This document shows positions 36,701 to 49,149 of a stretch of DNA of 64,000 nucleotides, one piece after another. Below the pieces are notes generated by a model that had not been told where the DNA came from, made no database searches, and worked only from the letters and a program-made list of their open reading frames with translations. Positions within the stretch are counted from its first letter, which is position 1. Each line of letters starts with the position of its first letter. The translations under genes were made by a program, and so were the position numbers. The stretch is from Sphyrna mokarran (taxonomy: Eukaryota): NCBI GenBank assembly GCA_024679065.1, contig JAGIQG010000016.1, forward strand, positions 2,108,001-2,172,000. Reading direction: 5' to 3'.

Positions 36701-37915
36701 GGCAGCGTGGGCTCGTTGGGCCGAAGGGCCTGTTTCCCGTGCTGTTTTCTTCTTTGTTCTTTGAATGTAATATTAATGGTAGGACTCTTGGCAGTGTGAA
36801 AAATCAGAAGGATCTTGGGTTCTGAGTTCGTAGGACGCTCAAAGCAGCTGTGCAGGTTGAAGCTACTGGTTAAGAAAGTGTATGGTATACAGGCCTTCAT
36901 CAATCAAGAAATTGAGTTTAAGAGTCAAGTTGCAGCTATATAGGACCTCATTTGGATTGCTGTCACCTCATTACAGGAAGGATGTGGAAGCCATAGAGAG
37001 GGCGCAAAGGAGATTTACAAGGATGTTGCCTGGATTGGGGAGCATGCCTTATGAGGATAGGTTGAGAGAGCTTGGCCTTTTCTCCTTGGAGAGATGAACG
37101 GTGACCTGATAGAGGTGTATGAGATATTGAGACATATTGATCGAGTGGATAGTCAGAGGCTGAAGTAGTTGACACAAGAGGACACAGGTTTAAGATGCTG
37201 AGGAGTAGGTACAGAGGAGATGTCAGGGGTAAGTTTTTCACTCAGCGGGTGGTGGGTACATGGAATAGGCTGTCGGCAATAGTGGTGGAGGCAGATTCAA
37301 TAGGTTCTTTTAAGAGACTTTTAGATAAGTGCATGGAACTTAGTAAGATAGAGGGTTATAGGTAAGCCTAGTAATCTCTAAGGTAGGGACATGTTCGGCA
37401 CAACTTTGTGGGCAAAAAGCCTGTATTGTGCTGTAGTTTTTCTATGTTTCTATGCCAATTCTTTGCTTTCTATTTGCTAACCAGATTTCTGTCCATCTCA
37501 GGACATTACCCACAATTCCACGTGCTTAAACTTTACACAGTAGTCTGTTATATAAGATCTTGTTGAAAGCCTTCTGAAATTCTAAATTAAACCACATCCA
37601 CTGGTTCACCTCAGTCAACTACTACTAGTTACATCCTCAAAAAATTCCAGTAGATTCATGAAGCATGATTTCTGTTCTGTAAATCCATGCTGACTTTGAT
37701 TATACCACTGCTTTCCAAATGCTGAGTTATGAAATCCTTGATAATAGACTCTAGCAACTTCCCTGGGACCAACAATAGGTTAAGTAGTCTTTAATTCCCT
37801 ATTTTCTCTCTCCCTCTCTTTTTGAATAGTAGGCTTCCATTAGCTACCCTCCAATCTGTAGGACTTATTCCAAAGTCCAAAGAATTTTGGAAAGTAACCA
37901 CCAATGGATCTACTG

Positions 37916-38290
37916 TTGTAGTTGCTGGAGGAGGTTACAGAGGTAGGGAGGGTTGTAGGCGCTGGAGGAGGTTACAGAGATAAGGAGGGTCATGGGAGTT
38001 GGAGAAGGTTAGAGGGATAGGGAGGAGATAGGGAAGAGTGTAGAGGTTGGAGGAGGTTACAGAGGATGGGAGGTGTATTGGGACTGGAGAAGGTTACAGA
38101 GATAGGGAGGGTTTTAAGTTCTGGAAGGGGTTACAGAGATAGTGAGGGTTGTAAGTTCTGGAGGAGGTTACAGAAATAGAGAGAGGTATGGAGGTTGGCG
38201 GAAGTTACTTGGATAGGAAGAGTCCTGGTGAAGTTAAAAGAGAAAGTGAGCATTGTGGGGGTTCAAAGAGGATATAGAAATAATGGAGAA
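37916..38290 (+). repeat. Degenerate GGAGGTTACAGAGATAGGGAGGG tandem repeat (also ~31830-31965 and 58290-58690)
   Basis: Repeated ~40-bp imperfect units. Confidence 0.75.
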
Positions 38291-38503
38291 CTTTTAACAT
38301 GAGGGCCTGAATTTGAATTTTGAGGTGCTGTCTGATGGTGAGCCAGCATGTAGTAGAGAGCACGGAAGTAATGGGTGAATGGGACCAGGTGTGAGTTTGT
38401 ACACTGGGTCACTGCGGAATTGCTTCCCAGTCAGAGCTCAGTAAGAATCATCTTTTACAAAGACTATTAAACATAAATCTGTCTGACCTAACAATGATAT
38501 TAC

Positions 38504-38543
38504 CTTGGAGAACTGACAGGAGGAAGTAAGATTTCCCGATCAT
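38504..38543 (-). CDS. Siglec-like receptor A, signal-peptide exon: MIGKSYFLLSVLQ(A); exon extends as UTR to acceptor at 38586-38585
   Basis: GGCAATG start, CAAG/GTAAT phase-1 donor joining the V exon as ...LQAGLS-QKW; CTCCTTTCTCTTTCAG acceptor upstream implies a non-coding first exon. Six exons total 999 nt = 332 aa + stop. Confidence 0.8.
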
Positions 38544-38664
38544 TGCCACTCCCAGATATTTCACCAGCTTCTCACTCTTAAGCTCTGAAAGAGAAAGGAG
38601 TTAGTGAGACCTCACCTCTTGTCCAACAGCCCTCAAGAGATCAGAAGCTACTTTCAGACAATGT

Positions 38665-39555
38665 CTTTTGTTTTGATTTATTGTCACATATATTAGCATA
38701 CAGTGAAAAATATTGTTTCTTGCACATTATACAGACAAAGCATACCGTTCATAGAGAAGGAATGTAGTGTCACAGTCATAGCTAGGATGTAGAGAAAGAT
38801 CAATTTAATGCAAGATAGGGCCATTGAAAAGTCTGACAGCGGCAGGAAAGAAGTCGGTTCTAAGTCGGTTCGTATGTGACCTCAGACTTTTGTATCTTTT
38901 TCTCGATGGAAAAAGGTGAAAGAGAGAATGTCCGGAGTGCATGGGATCTTTAATTATGCTGGCTGCTTCGCCAAGGCAACAGGAAGCGTAGATAGACTCA
39001 ATGGATTGAATGCTGGTTTGTGTGATGGATTGGGCTACATTCACGACCGTTTGTAGTTTCTTGCAGTCTTGAATAGAGCAGGAGCTATACCAAGCTGTGA
39101 TGCAACCAGAAAGAATGCTTTCTATGGTACCTCTGTAAAAATTGGTAAGGGTCATAGCTGACATGCCAAATTTCCTCAGTTTTCTGAGAATGTAGAGGGG
39201 TTTAATGGGTTTTCTTAACTATAATATCTGCATGGGAGGACCAGGACTGGTCGTTGGTGATCTGGACACCTAAAAACTTGAATTTCTCGACTCTTTCTAC
39301 TTTGTTCCTGTTGATATACTCAAGGGCATGTTCTCATCTATGCTCCCTGAAGTCAATGACAATCTCCTTCATTTTGTTGATATTGAGGGAGAGATTATTG
39401 CCGCCGCACCATTCTCTAGATTCTCTATCTCATTCCTATACTCTGTCTTGTCATTGTTTGAGATCCAATTCTCTGTGGTGGTGTCGTCAGCAAACTTGAA
39501 AATCGAATTGGAGGGGGATTTGGCCACACTGTCAGAGGTGTATAAGGAGTATGCA
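38665..39555 (-). mobile_element. Decayed Rex1/Babar-like LINE
   Basis: KFADDTT, TIESILSGCITAWY peptides. Confidence 0.8.
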
Positions 39556-39791
39556 GATCCAGATGACTTATCATTTTCTTTTGTGATTGTCACAGACAAC
39601 AGGGATGTTCCTGATTTCCCCACTCTCTACCTGTCCATTATCAGAAAGTTATTTCTGTAATTCTGATTCCCCAATTTATAAACAGTGCCATATTTTCCCC
39701 AATCATTAAATTTGGAAATGTTTCAGTCCTCGATTAATGACTTGCATGAACAGCAAATGCAAGGTAAGAAGATAATGAAAGGGTTGGTTTA

Positions 39792-39822
<31 letters not shown>

Positions 39823-40394
39823 GGACACACATACAGAGAGAGAGAGGGTCTTGCAATGTCCATCCCTTTTTACACTCACTGAGGAAATAAGGAAAAAGGA
39901 GGCAGGATCAGGGCACGATATAAGAAAATACAGCTATCAGTTTTATGTGTGCCCAGAATCAGAAGTCAACTGCAATGTTCCTTCAAAGGGGAGGTTGGGA
40001 TATTGCAGAATGTCCTGCCTTTTCATGGCAAGACTTGCACAATGGGAGAATGAGTCAGTCAGGTGGCATGGGTTCCAAGATTCCAGCAGTAAGCAGGTTT
40101 GATGAGGGCCTCAGTTCATTCTGCAGTGACTGGTTTGATGGCAATGAAGTAGGGAAAGGGTTAATGAATTTAATGCATTTTGTATCTAGCATATATCACT
40201 AACATAACCCATCCTCAAGGCTGATCTTCTTAAGCGTATACTGCTGTTGTATTAATATAAATTATTTATTCATGTTTTCCTTACTTGTTCATGTCTTTTT
40301 TTCTTTAACTTTCATTTCCATAAAGACAGGTAATCAAATGTGAATATGATTTTACAGACATTGCAAACCTTACCTGTTTGTGCAAAATGAACAT

Positions 40395-40804
40395 CGTTAA
40401 AACAGCTGTAGCTGGTAGATTGCGATACCGGCTTTTTAACAGGAAGAGTCCTGCTGGGACAGCCACGACCACCCAAGTAACTTCAAGGAAGGAGATGCTG
40501 ATTCCGCTGGAAGCGTTGTGGGTCGTGATTGGACTGAAGATTATGTTGTAACTGCAGAGTCGTGGTTGAATCAAGAGTTTGCGTCATGACCAAAGTAGGA
40601 AGACCTGCCATCCTAACCGGAATCGGGAGTTTGCGTTGTGATTGATACTGGGACTCATGATGTATAAATACCCACTTGTATTTGTGTTCAATGAGAAGCC
40701 TGGTAAACCACTGTTAGGACGAGGCTTCTCCCAAAAGCTTTTAAAATAAAACTTACTATATGTTGACTCATTAACAATCTCAGAGGTGTCTTTTACCTAT
40801 AACA
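40395..40804 (+). mobile_element. Possible solo LTR
   Basis: ~410 bp CpG-containing segment with TATAAATA, AATAAA and terminal TAACA; absent from the duplicated block near 49-50 kb; no clean TSD. Confidence 0.45.
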
Positions 40805-41339
40805 ACAGACAGCACAGGTTGCTGCCTGGAGTTCTGTTCATATTGGGTGTCAGACTTAGCTATTGAAATTCAGGTCCAACAGATGCTATCAGAATGTAGT
40901 TTAGGGGAGATTATATGACATATCTCCTCAATGTTGGATGCAGTTTGACATTTAATTGAAGTTGGAATTCTTTTTGGTTTTAGAGATACTGTTGTCAGGT
41001 TGACTATCTGCTGTGTTCTTTGTTCAAACCTTTGTGTTAGGATTGTTAATGCTTAGGTAATTAGCACCATTAAAGCTGGACCAGACTTCCCAGCCCTGTA
41101 GGCATTGTTACTCAGCTGGAGAAATGTGGTTAGCTCAGTAATTTTCCATTTTTAACAGTTCCAAAAATAAAATGTCTTCACAGATAGTTCATTTGATGAA
41201 TATACATATATTTATATTTATATTTTTCAGATCTCGACTGTGACATGATTATTATTGTATCTGTTTTCTGATCTCCAATTGCTCCTTGATTATTTGGTAT
41301 TTTTGGAGATGTTAACATTTTTTGCACAATGACTAGAGT

Positions 41340-44190
41340 ATAAAAATAGAGAAGTTTTTTTGCAATTTTATAGGTTTTTGATGACACCACAGCTGGAGTA
41401 TGGTGTCCAGTTTTGGTTTCCTTATTTGAGAAAGAGTGTGGTGGCATTAGAGGCAGTTCAGACGAGTTTCATCAGATTGATTCTGGGAATGAAAGGGTTG
41501 GCGTATGACGAGAAATTAAGCAGGACTGGAATTTGGAAGGATGACAGGGAATCTGATCAAAGTATGTAAAGTTTTAAAAGGGATTGATAAAGTAAACGTA
41601 GACCAAATGTTCCCTGTTAAGGGGCAATGTCAAACAAGAGGTCACAGATATAGGTTGCGAGGCGGTAAATTTAAAACGGAGATGAGGAGGAACTACTTCT
41701 CCTAGAGGGTGTTAGATTTATGGAATTGCTGCCCCATAGCACGGTGGGGTGTGAATTATTGAATGGTTTCAAAACGGAGATAGATATATTTCTAATTTTA
41801 AAAATGGGATCACAGGATATGGAGAATAGGTAGGAGGTAGATCTGAGATCAGGATGAGATCAGCCATGATCTGATTGAATGGCTGAGCAGGCTCGAAGGA
41901 TTGAATTACCTTCTCCTGCTCCTAATTCCCATGTTCCTACGGTCCTATATAAAATATTTATTTAACTCCTCTGATATTTTCTGATTCCTCATTATTTCCC
42001 CAGTCTCATTCTCTAAGGGGCCTATATTCACTTTGATCTCTCTCTTCCTGTTTACATATTTACAGAAGCCCTAACTGTCCATTTTTTCTTTACTTTCTAG
42101 TTTACTCTCATTGTTTATCTTCTCCCTCTTTATTGTATTTGTTGGCTTTTAAATCTTTCCCAATCCTCTCTCTTAACATCAATCGTTGCCAAATTATATG
42201 GAGTCATAGAGGTTTGCAGCATGGAAACAGGCCCTTCGCCCAACTTGTCCATGTTGCCCTTTTTGTTTAAAACCCCTAAGGTAATCCCAACTGTCTGCAT
42301 TTGGCCCATATATATTTTAGTTTTATACTATCCTTGCTTTCTTTGGATAACCATCTTTGATTTTCCTTTTCTTAGAATCCTTCTTTCTCACTGGGATATT
42401 TCTTTTTTGTGAGTCACGGACTATTTTCCTAAATGTGTCTGCCCTCATTCCTTTGTAATTACCTTTATTTAAGTTGAGCACAGTTATTTCTGGCGCAAAT
42501 TTCTCACTCTCACACTGAATGCTAAATTCTACAATGTTTTGGTCACTGTTCCTCGGGGATCTTTTACTCTGAGATTGCTTATTAAACTTGCAACATTACA
42601 ATTACAAATCCAAAGTGTCCTGAAATATGCTCTGAATTCTACCTCAAGGCTATCTCTGTCAATTTGTCCTTCCCAATCCACATGAAATCATCCAGTATTT
42701 AATGTTCTGCCTTCATTATCTCCTGATATATTTTCCATTTTAGTAGAGTTCCTGTTCAGGGGCCAATAGACTACTCCCAGCTGTGCTGTCTTCCCCTTAT
42801 TTTTTCTTACCTTCAACTGTATGGATTCTACATCTTCATTCTAGATAGTTTCTTGCTTTTTTTTAATTCATTTGTGGGACATGGGCATTGCTAGCTGGCC
42901 AGCATTTATTGCTTACTCCTGGTTGCTTCTGAACTGAATGGCTTGCTTGGCCATTTTAGAGGGCAATTGACAGTCAATCACATTGCTGTGGCTCTGGAGC
43001 CACATGCAGGCCAGACCAGGTAAGGGTGGCAGATTACCTTCCCTAAAGGACATTAGTTATCAAACGGATTTTTCTGATAGAACATAGAACACTACAGCTC
43101 AAACAGGCCCTTCAGTCCACAAGTTGCGCTGTAACTCCCAATCTTATTAAATCCCATGTATTCATCCAGAAGTCTCTTAAAAGACTCCAGCGAGTTCACC
43201 TCTCCCACCACTGACAGCAGCCGATTCCATTCACTCACCACCCTCTGAGTGAAAAACTTACTCCTAACATCTCCTCTGTACTTGCCCCCCAGCACCTTAA
43301 ACCTGTGTCCTTTTGTAGCAACCATTTCAGCCCTGGGAAATGGTTGCTACAAACCATTGTAACACCCTGTCTATTCTTCTCAACATCTCGTAAACCTCTA
43401 TCAGGCCACCTCTCAACCTTCGTCTCTCTGGGGAGAAGAGATCTAGCTCCCTCAACCTATTTTCATAAGACATGCCTCCCAATCCAGGCAACATCCTTGT
43501 AAATCTCCTCTGCACCCTCTCAATAGCTTCCACATCCTTCCTGTAGTGAGATGACCAGAATTGCACACAGTATTCCAAGTGGGGTCTGACAAGAGCCTTA
43601 TAAAGTTGCAGCATTATCTCCCGACTCCTAAACTCAATCCCTCGATTAATGAAGGCCAGTACACCATATACCTTCTTGACCACATCCTCCACCTGCGAGG
43701 CCGATTTAAGAGTCTTATGGACCAGGACCCCAAGATCCTTCTGTTCCTCAAAACTGCTAAGACTCCTACCCTTGATATTATACTCCTTCATCCCATTGGT
43801 CCTGCCAAAATGGACCACCACACATTTATCCGCGTTGAAGTCCATAAATAATAATTGTCAATCGTTCTATAGTGATCAATAGATCCAGATATTTTTGTTG
43901 AATTCAAGTTCCACCATGTACCCAAGCAGGATTCAAATCCGGGTCCCCAGAACATTAGCAATTGTATTTATTCTTGTATTTACAATGTTATCTCACCACC
44001 TTTTCCTTTCTGCCTATTCTTAAGAAAAGTCGTATAGCCTGAATATTTAGTCTTTGGTCTTCTTGTAACCACATCTCAGTGATAGTTGTATGATCATATC
44101 CATGAACCCCAATTTGAGCTGTTAATTCATTTATTTTGTGCCAAATATTGCATGCATTTAAGTAAACCATTAATATTGTCTTGTTCCCAT
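41340..44190. mobile_element. Nested CR1 fragments (plus 41340-41945; old minus-strand pieces; young minus-strand 43081-43845)
   Basis: RT C-terminal peptides; endonuclease-like YLNACNI..ITEMWL at ~44.1 kb. Confidence 0.85.
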
Positions 44191-44563
44191 TTTTCCCCTT
44201 GGACCCTAATTTCTGGTATATTTTGTGTTTATGTACTCTGTCCCTTCCTGTCACACTCTGGAAATCATCATCCAAATAGTTGCTTTGCAATGCTGCCATA
44301 TTCTTTTATTTTATAATCCAAAACATCCCCTCTCCAGAACCTTTCACCACCACAGATTGTCCCAAAGCTCATGTCTCTGCGCTTCCCTCATGCCTTGCTT
44401 TAGAACAATGTTCTGTGCGACTTGAACCTCGCACCCAGATCTCCAGAACCAGTGGAAAACTTTTCAAAGGCATCAATCATTGGAATCTGTCTTTATAAAG
44501 TCACAACATCAACAAAGGAAAAAATTGGTTCTGGAAGTGAATTGCAATTGTTGCGTTACTTAC

Positions 44564-44629
44564 CCAGGACAAGTCCAACTGCTGACCCATTCTGCTTGGG
44601 CTAAATTTCCTGTTTCTGTGTTGCTCCTG
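44564..44629 (-). pseudogene. Orphan, frameshifted copy of the Siglec-like cytoplasmic exon (66 nt instead of 85)
   Basis: RSNTETGNLAQAEWVSS aligns to GSSTRTGHAAQAECVSS of 61696-61612; flanking intron also homologous; splice sites intact; no companion TM or last exon seen. Confidence 0.8.
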
Positions 44630-44879
44630 CTGTGTGTTTAATTCAAAAAGGTGGATATGTCACTATGAGTCAAAATGGGGAAGTGGTCAAAACGTGAGAA
44701 AACAACTACACTTTGAATTGTTAGTAAACTGCTAACTGTTATTTAGAAAGAGTTGATATGCCAGTGGAGGAAGAAAACACTACCTTGGCTACAATTACTT
44801 GCAAACTTTTAAATCTTTATGTTCAGACCCTGTGTCATCATTTCTGCTCACAGCTGGAAAATCATTGACGCATATCAAC

Positions 44880-46810
44880 TCCTGCTGTTCCAATGTAACA
44901 GGCTCAAGGGACTGAATGATCTCCTTCTGTTCCTATGCAACAAACTCATGGGGCTGAGTGGGGCCTCCTCCTGTTCCTGTGTAACAACTCGAGGGACTGA
45001 ATGGGGCCTCCTCCTGTTCCTGTGTAACAGGCTCGAGGGGCTGAATGGGGCCTCCTCCTGTTCCTGTGTAACAGGCTCGAGAGGGTCTAGATGGGTTTAA
45101 TCATGTTGCTGTACTACAGGCACACAAGGATTGAACGCGTCTTCCTATCACTGTGTAACAAACTCATTGGAGCTGACTGGACCTCTCCTGTTCCCAGTGA
45201 TATATCAAGGTAGTGAGAAAATAGTATTTTTGTCTGAATTTCTATATGAAATATAGGGCTAATGGAAGGACCCTTAATAGTGTTGTTGAGCAGAGGGATC
45301 TTAGGGTACAAGTACATAGCTCTTTGAAAGTTGGCACCCAGGTTGATAAAGTTGTTAAGAAGGCGTACGGTGTGTTAGCTTTTATTGGTAGAGGGATTGA
45401 ATTTAGGAGCCGTGAGGTTATGTTACAACTGTACAAGACTCTGGTGCGGCCGCACTTGGAGTATTGCGTACAGTTCTGGTCGCCGCATTATAAGAAAGAT
45501 GTGGAAGCATTGGAAAGGGTGCAGAGGAGGTTTACCAGGATGTTGCCTGGTATGGTGGAAGGCCTTATGAGGAAAGGCTGAGGGACCTGAGGTTATTTTC
45601 ATTAGAGAGAAGAAGGTTACGCGGTGACCTAATTGAGGCGTATAAGATGATCAAGGGATTGGATAGGGTGGATAGTGAGAGCCTTTTTCCTCGGATGGTG
45701 ATGACCACCACGAGGGGACATAACTTTAAATTAAGAGGTGGTAGTTATAGGACGGATGTCAGAGGCAGGTTCTTCACACAGAGGGTGGTGAGGGCGTGGA
45801 ATGCCCTGCCTGCAGCAGTTGTGGACTCGCCTACTTTGGGGGCATTCAAATGTTCGGTGGATAGGCATATGGATAATATTGGAATAGTTTAGGTTAGAGG
45901 GTCCACTGGCCGGCGCAACATCGAGGGCCGAAGGGCCTGTACTGCACTGTAATGTTCTATGTTCTATGAATTTACCTGCAAACTTTTAAATCTTAATGTG
46001 CAGATCCTGTAATCCTGTATTTCTGCTCACATCTGGAGTGTAATTGACAAGAATCAATTATTTTATTGTTCTCCCCCTGTTCCTGTGCAATAGGCTCAGG
46101 GGGGCTGAATGGGGCCTCTTATTCCTGTGTAACAGGCTCAAGGGGCTGAATGGCCTCCTCCTGTTCCTGTGTAACAGGCTCCAGGGGGCTGAATGGGACC
46201 TCCTCCTGTTCCTGTGTAACAGGCTCCAGGGGCTGAATGGCCTCCTCCTGTTCCTGTGTAACAGGCTCAAGAGGCTGAATGGGACCTCCTCCTGTTCCCC
46301 TGTAACAGGCTCGAGGGGGCTGAATGGGATCTCCGCCTGTTCGTGTGTTATAGGTTCGATGGAGGCTAAATGGGGCATCCTCCTGCTCTTGTGTCACAGA
46401 CTCGAGGGTTTAAAGGAAGCTTCCTCCTGCTGCTGTGCAGCAGGCTACAGGGGGCCTGAATGGTGCCTCCTTTTTTTTGTAATAGGCTCGATGGGGGCTG
46501 AATGGCCCCCCCCTCCTATTCCTGTGTAACAGGCCCAAGGGGAGCTGAAAACGCTGCTTCCTGTCCCTGTGTAACATCTCAAGGGCTAAATGGCCTCCTC
46601 CTGTTCCTGTGTAATAGGCTCAAGATGGCTGAATGGGACCTCCTCCTGTTCTTGTCTAATACATTCGAGGAGGAGCTGAGTGGACCTCCTCCTATTCCTG
46701 TGTGATAGCGTCAAGGGGCTAAGTGGTCTCCTCCTGTTCTTGTATAACAGGCTCGAGGAGCTGAATGTGGCCTCCTCCTCCTCTTGTGTAACAATCTTGA
46801 GGGACTCAAT
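44880..46810 (+). repeat. Two arrays of the ~43-bp CTCCTCCTGTTCCTGTGTAACAGGCTCGAGGGGCTGAATGGGGC satellite (44880-45085, 46070-46810) separated by a CR1
   Basis: Tandem units; both arrays preceded by the same duplicated flank (44790 vs 45968). Confidence 0.88.
45245..45968 (+). mobile_element. Young 5'-truncated CR1
   Basis: MKYRANGRTLNSVVEQRDL...; TTCTATG tail; near-identical to 48658-47932. Confidence 0.95.
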
Positions 46811-46889
46811 GAGGCCTCAAACCAGGACAGTTACTGAGATTTTGCAAGCCCAGGCAAGTTGTGGTGGTTACATATAGTGTGACATGAAC

Positions 46890-47152
46890 CCAAGATGATG
46901 GCTTGAGACAATTCAGACTTCTTTAATCTGTACTTAACCCTCTCTCCACTCTCATGGTCTGTACCTATAAAGATTTGATTACCTGTTTAGATTCACATTC
47001 TAATCATTATCTTGTAAATTGAGCCTGTGTCTAAATATGCCCTTTTGGTGAACCCAACTCTCTACTCACCTGATAAAGGAGCAACGCTCTGAAAGTTTGT
47101 GCTCCCAAATAAACCTGTTGGACTTTAACCTGGTGTTGTGAGACTTCTTACT
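46890..47152 (+). mobile_element. Penelope-like terminal repeat, longer non-palindromic copy
   Basis: CACCTGATAAAGGAGCAACGCTCTGAAAG (decayed hammerhead core) then AATAAACCTGTTGGACTTTAACCTGGTGTTGTGAGACTTCTTACT as in the 24.7-kb arms. Confidence 0.75.
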
Positions 47153-47931
47153 CATCCAAGCTATTAATATATATGGGTGTCTCCAGCACTGATCCCTGTG
47201 ACTCTTCACTAGTTACAGATTACCATTCTTAAAATGTCCTTCTCATCTCAACTTTGTCTTCTTTTAATTAGCCAATCCTCTGTCCATATTAGTATAGTAT
47301 CCCCAACACCATGGGCTCTTATTAAATAGCATTTAGTGCAGTACCTTATTCGCACACTTCTTGGAAACTAAATTTTATTATACCTGCTGGCTCCCCTTTA
47401 TCTATCTTGCTCATTACCACCACAAAGAATTCTATTAATTGTATAACACATATTTCACCTTCAAGAAGCTTTGCTGACTCTGACTTAAAAATGCATGACA
47501 TAATCAGGCAATGCTATTATATCCTTCATAATGAACTCAGACATTTTCCAACAACAGATGTTATGCTAACTGGCCTATTGTTACTTGTTACTTATCTCCT
47601 TCCCTTTTTTACATAAGGGTGTTACATTAGCAGTTTTTCAATCCTCTGGAACTTTTCCAGAATTTAACAATTCTTGGGGGGGGTTATGACCAGTACATCT
47701 ATTATTTCTGTAACCAATTCCCTTTAATATCCAAGGGTGCATCCCATTAGATCCAGATGACTTCTCATTTTCTCTTGTGATTGTCATAGACAACAGGGAT
47801 GCCCCTGATTTCCCCACTCTTTACCTGTCTATTATCAGAAAGTTATTTCTTTAATTTTGATTCCCTGATTTATAAATGGTGCCATATTTTCCCCAACCCT
47901 TAAACTTGAAAATGTTTCAGTCCTCTATTAA

Positions 47932-49035
47932 AACATAGAACATAGAATTTTACAGCGCAGTACAGGCCCTTCGGCCTCGATGTTGCGCCGGCCAGTGGAC
48001 CCTCTAACCTAAACTATTCCAATATCATCCATATGCCTATCCACCGAACATTTGAATGCCCCCAAAGTAGGCGAGTCCACAACTGCTGCAGGCAGGGCAT
48101 TCCACGCTCTCACCACCCTCTGTGTAAAGAACCTGCCTCTGACATCCGTCCTATAACTACCACCTCTTAATTTAAAGTTATGTCCCCTCGTGTTGGTCAT
48201 CACCATCCGAGGAAAAAGGCTCTCACTATCCACCCTATCCAATCCCTTGATCATCTTATACGCCTCAATTAGGTCACCGCGTAACCTTCTTCTCTCTAAT
48301 GAAAATAACCTCAGGTCCCTCAGCCTTTCCTCATAAGGCCTTCCCACCATACCAGGCAACATCCTGGTAAACCTCCTCTGCACCCTTTCCAATGCTTCCA
48401 CATCTTTCTTATAATGCGGCGACCAGAACTGTACGCAATACTCCAAGTGCGGCCGCATCAGAGTTTTGTACAGTTGTAACATAACCTCACAGCTCCTAAA
48501 TTCAATCCCTCTACCAATAAAAGCTAACACACCGTACGCCTTCTTAACAACTTTATCAACCTGGGTGCCAACTTTCAAAGAGCTATGTACTTGTACCCCA
48601 AGATCCCTCTGCTCGACAACACTATTAAGGGTCCTTCCATTAGCCCTATATTTCATATGCCTGTTATTCCTACCAAAGTGAATCACCTCACACTTATCCG
48701 TATTGAATTCCATTTACCACCTCACGGCCCAGCTCTGCAACCTACCTATGTCCCTCTGCAAACTGTAACATCCATCCTCACTATCTACGACTCCCCCCAC
48801 TTTGGTATTGTCAGCAAATTTACTAATCCAACCCCCTTCACCCTCATCTAGGTCATTTATAAAAATGACAAACAGCAGTGGCCCTAAAAGAGATCCTTGA
48901 AGTACACCACTTGTAACTGCACTCCAGGTTGAATATTTCCCATCAACCACCACCCTCTGTCTTCTATCAGCTAGCCAATTCCTAATCCAAACTGCTAAAT
49001 CACCTTCAATCCCATGCATCTACACTTTCTGCATT
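47932..49035 (-). mobile_element. Young 5'-truncated CR1 with TATTAA target-site duplication
   Basis: RT ORFs 49019-48714 and 48713-48009; TATTAA at 47926-47931 and 49036-49041; empty site visible at ~39730. Confidence 0.95.
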
Positions 49036-49149
49036 TATTAATGACTTGCATGAACAGCAAGCGCGAGGTAAGAAGATAATAAAAGGGCTGGTTTATTTTT
49101 ACATACACACACACACAAATACACACACCTGGAATTCTGTTCACATTAA

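Larger units (their letters stand above)
31968..37915. mobile_element. Nested cluster: old minus-strand CR1 (31968-33000 and 37455-37915) containing plus-strand CR1s (33070-33309 + 35597-36240; 33310-35596; 36770-37454) and a SINE (~36450-36760)
   Basis: RT peptides in each piece; CTATTA duplicated around 33310-35596; host frames resume after each insert. Confidence 0.9.

Noticed and set aside
38585-38620. GAG/GTGAGG donor just upstream of the signal-exon acceptor
   Set aside because: Implied intron would be only about 30 nt, too short for spliceosomal splicing
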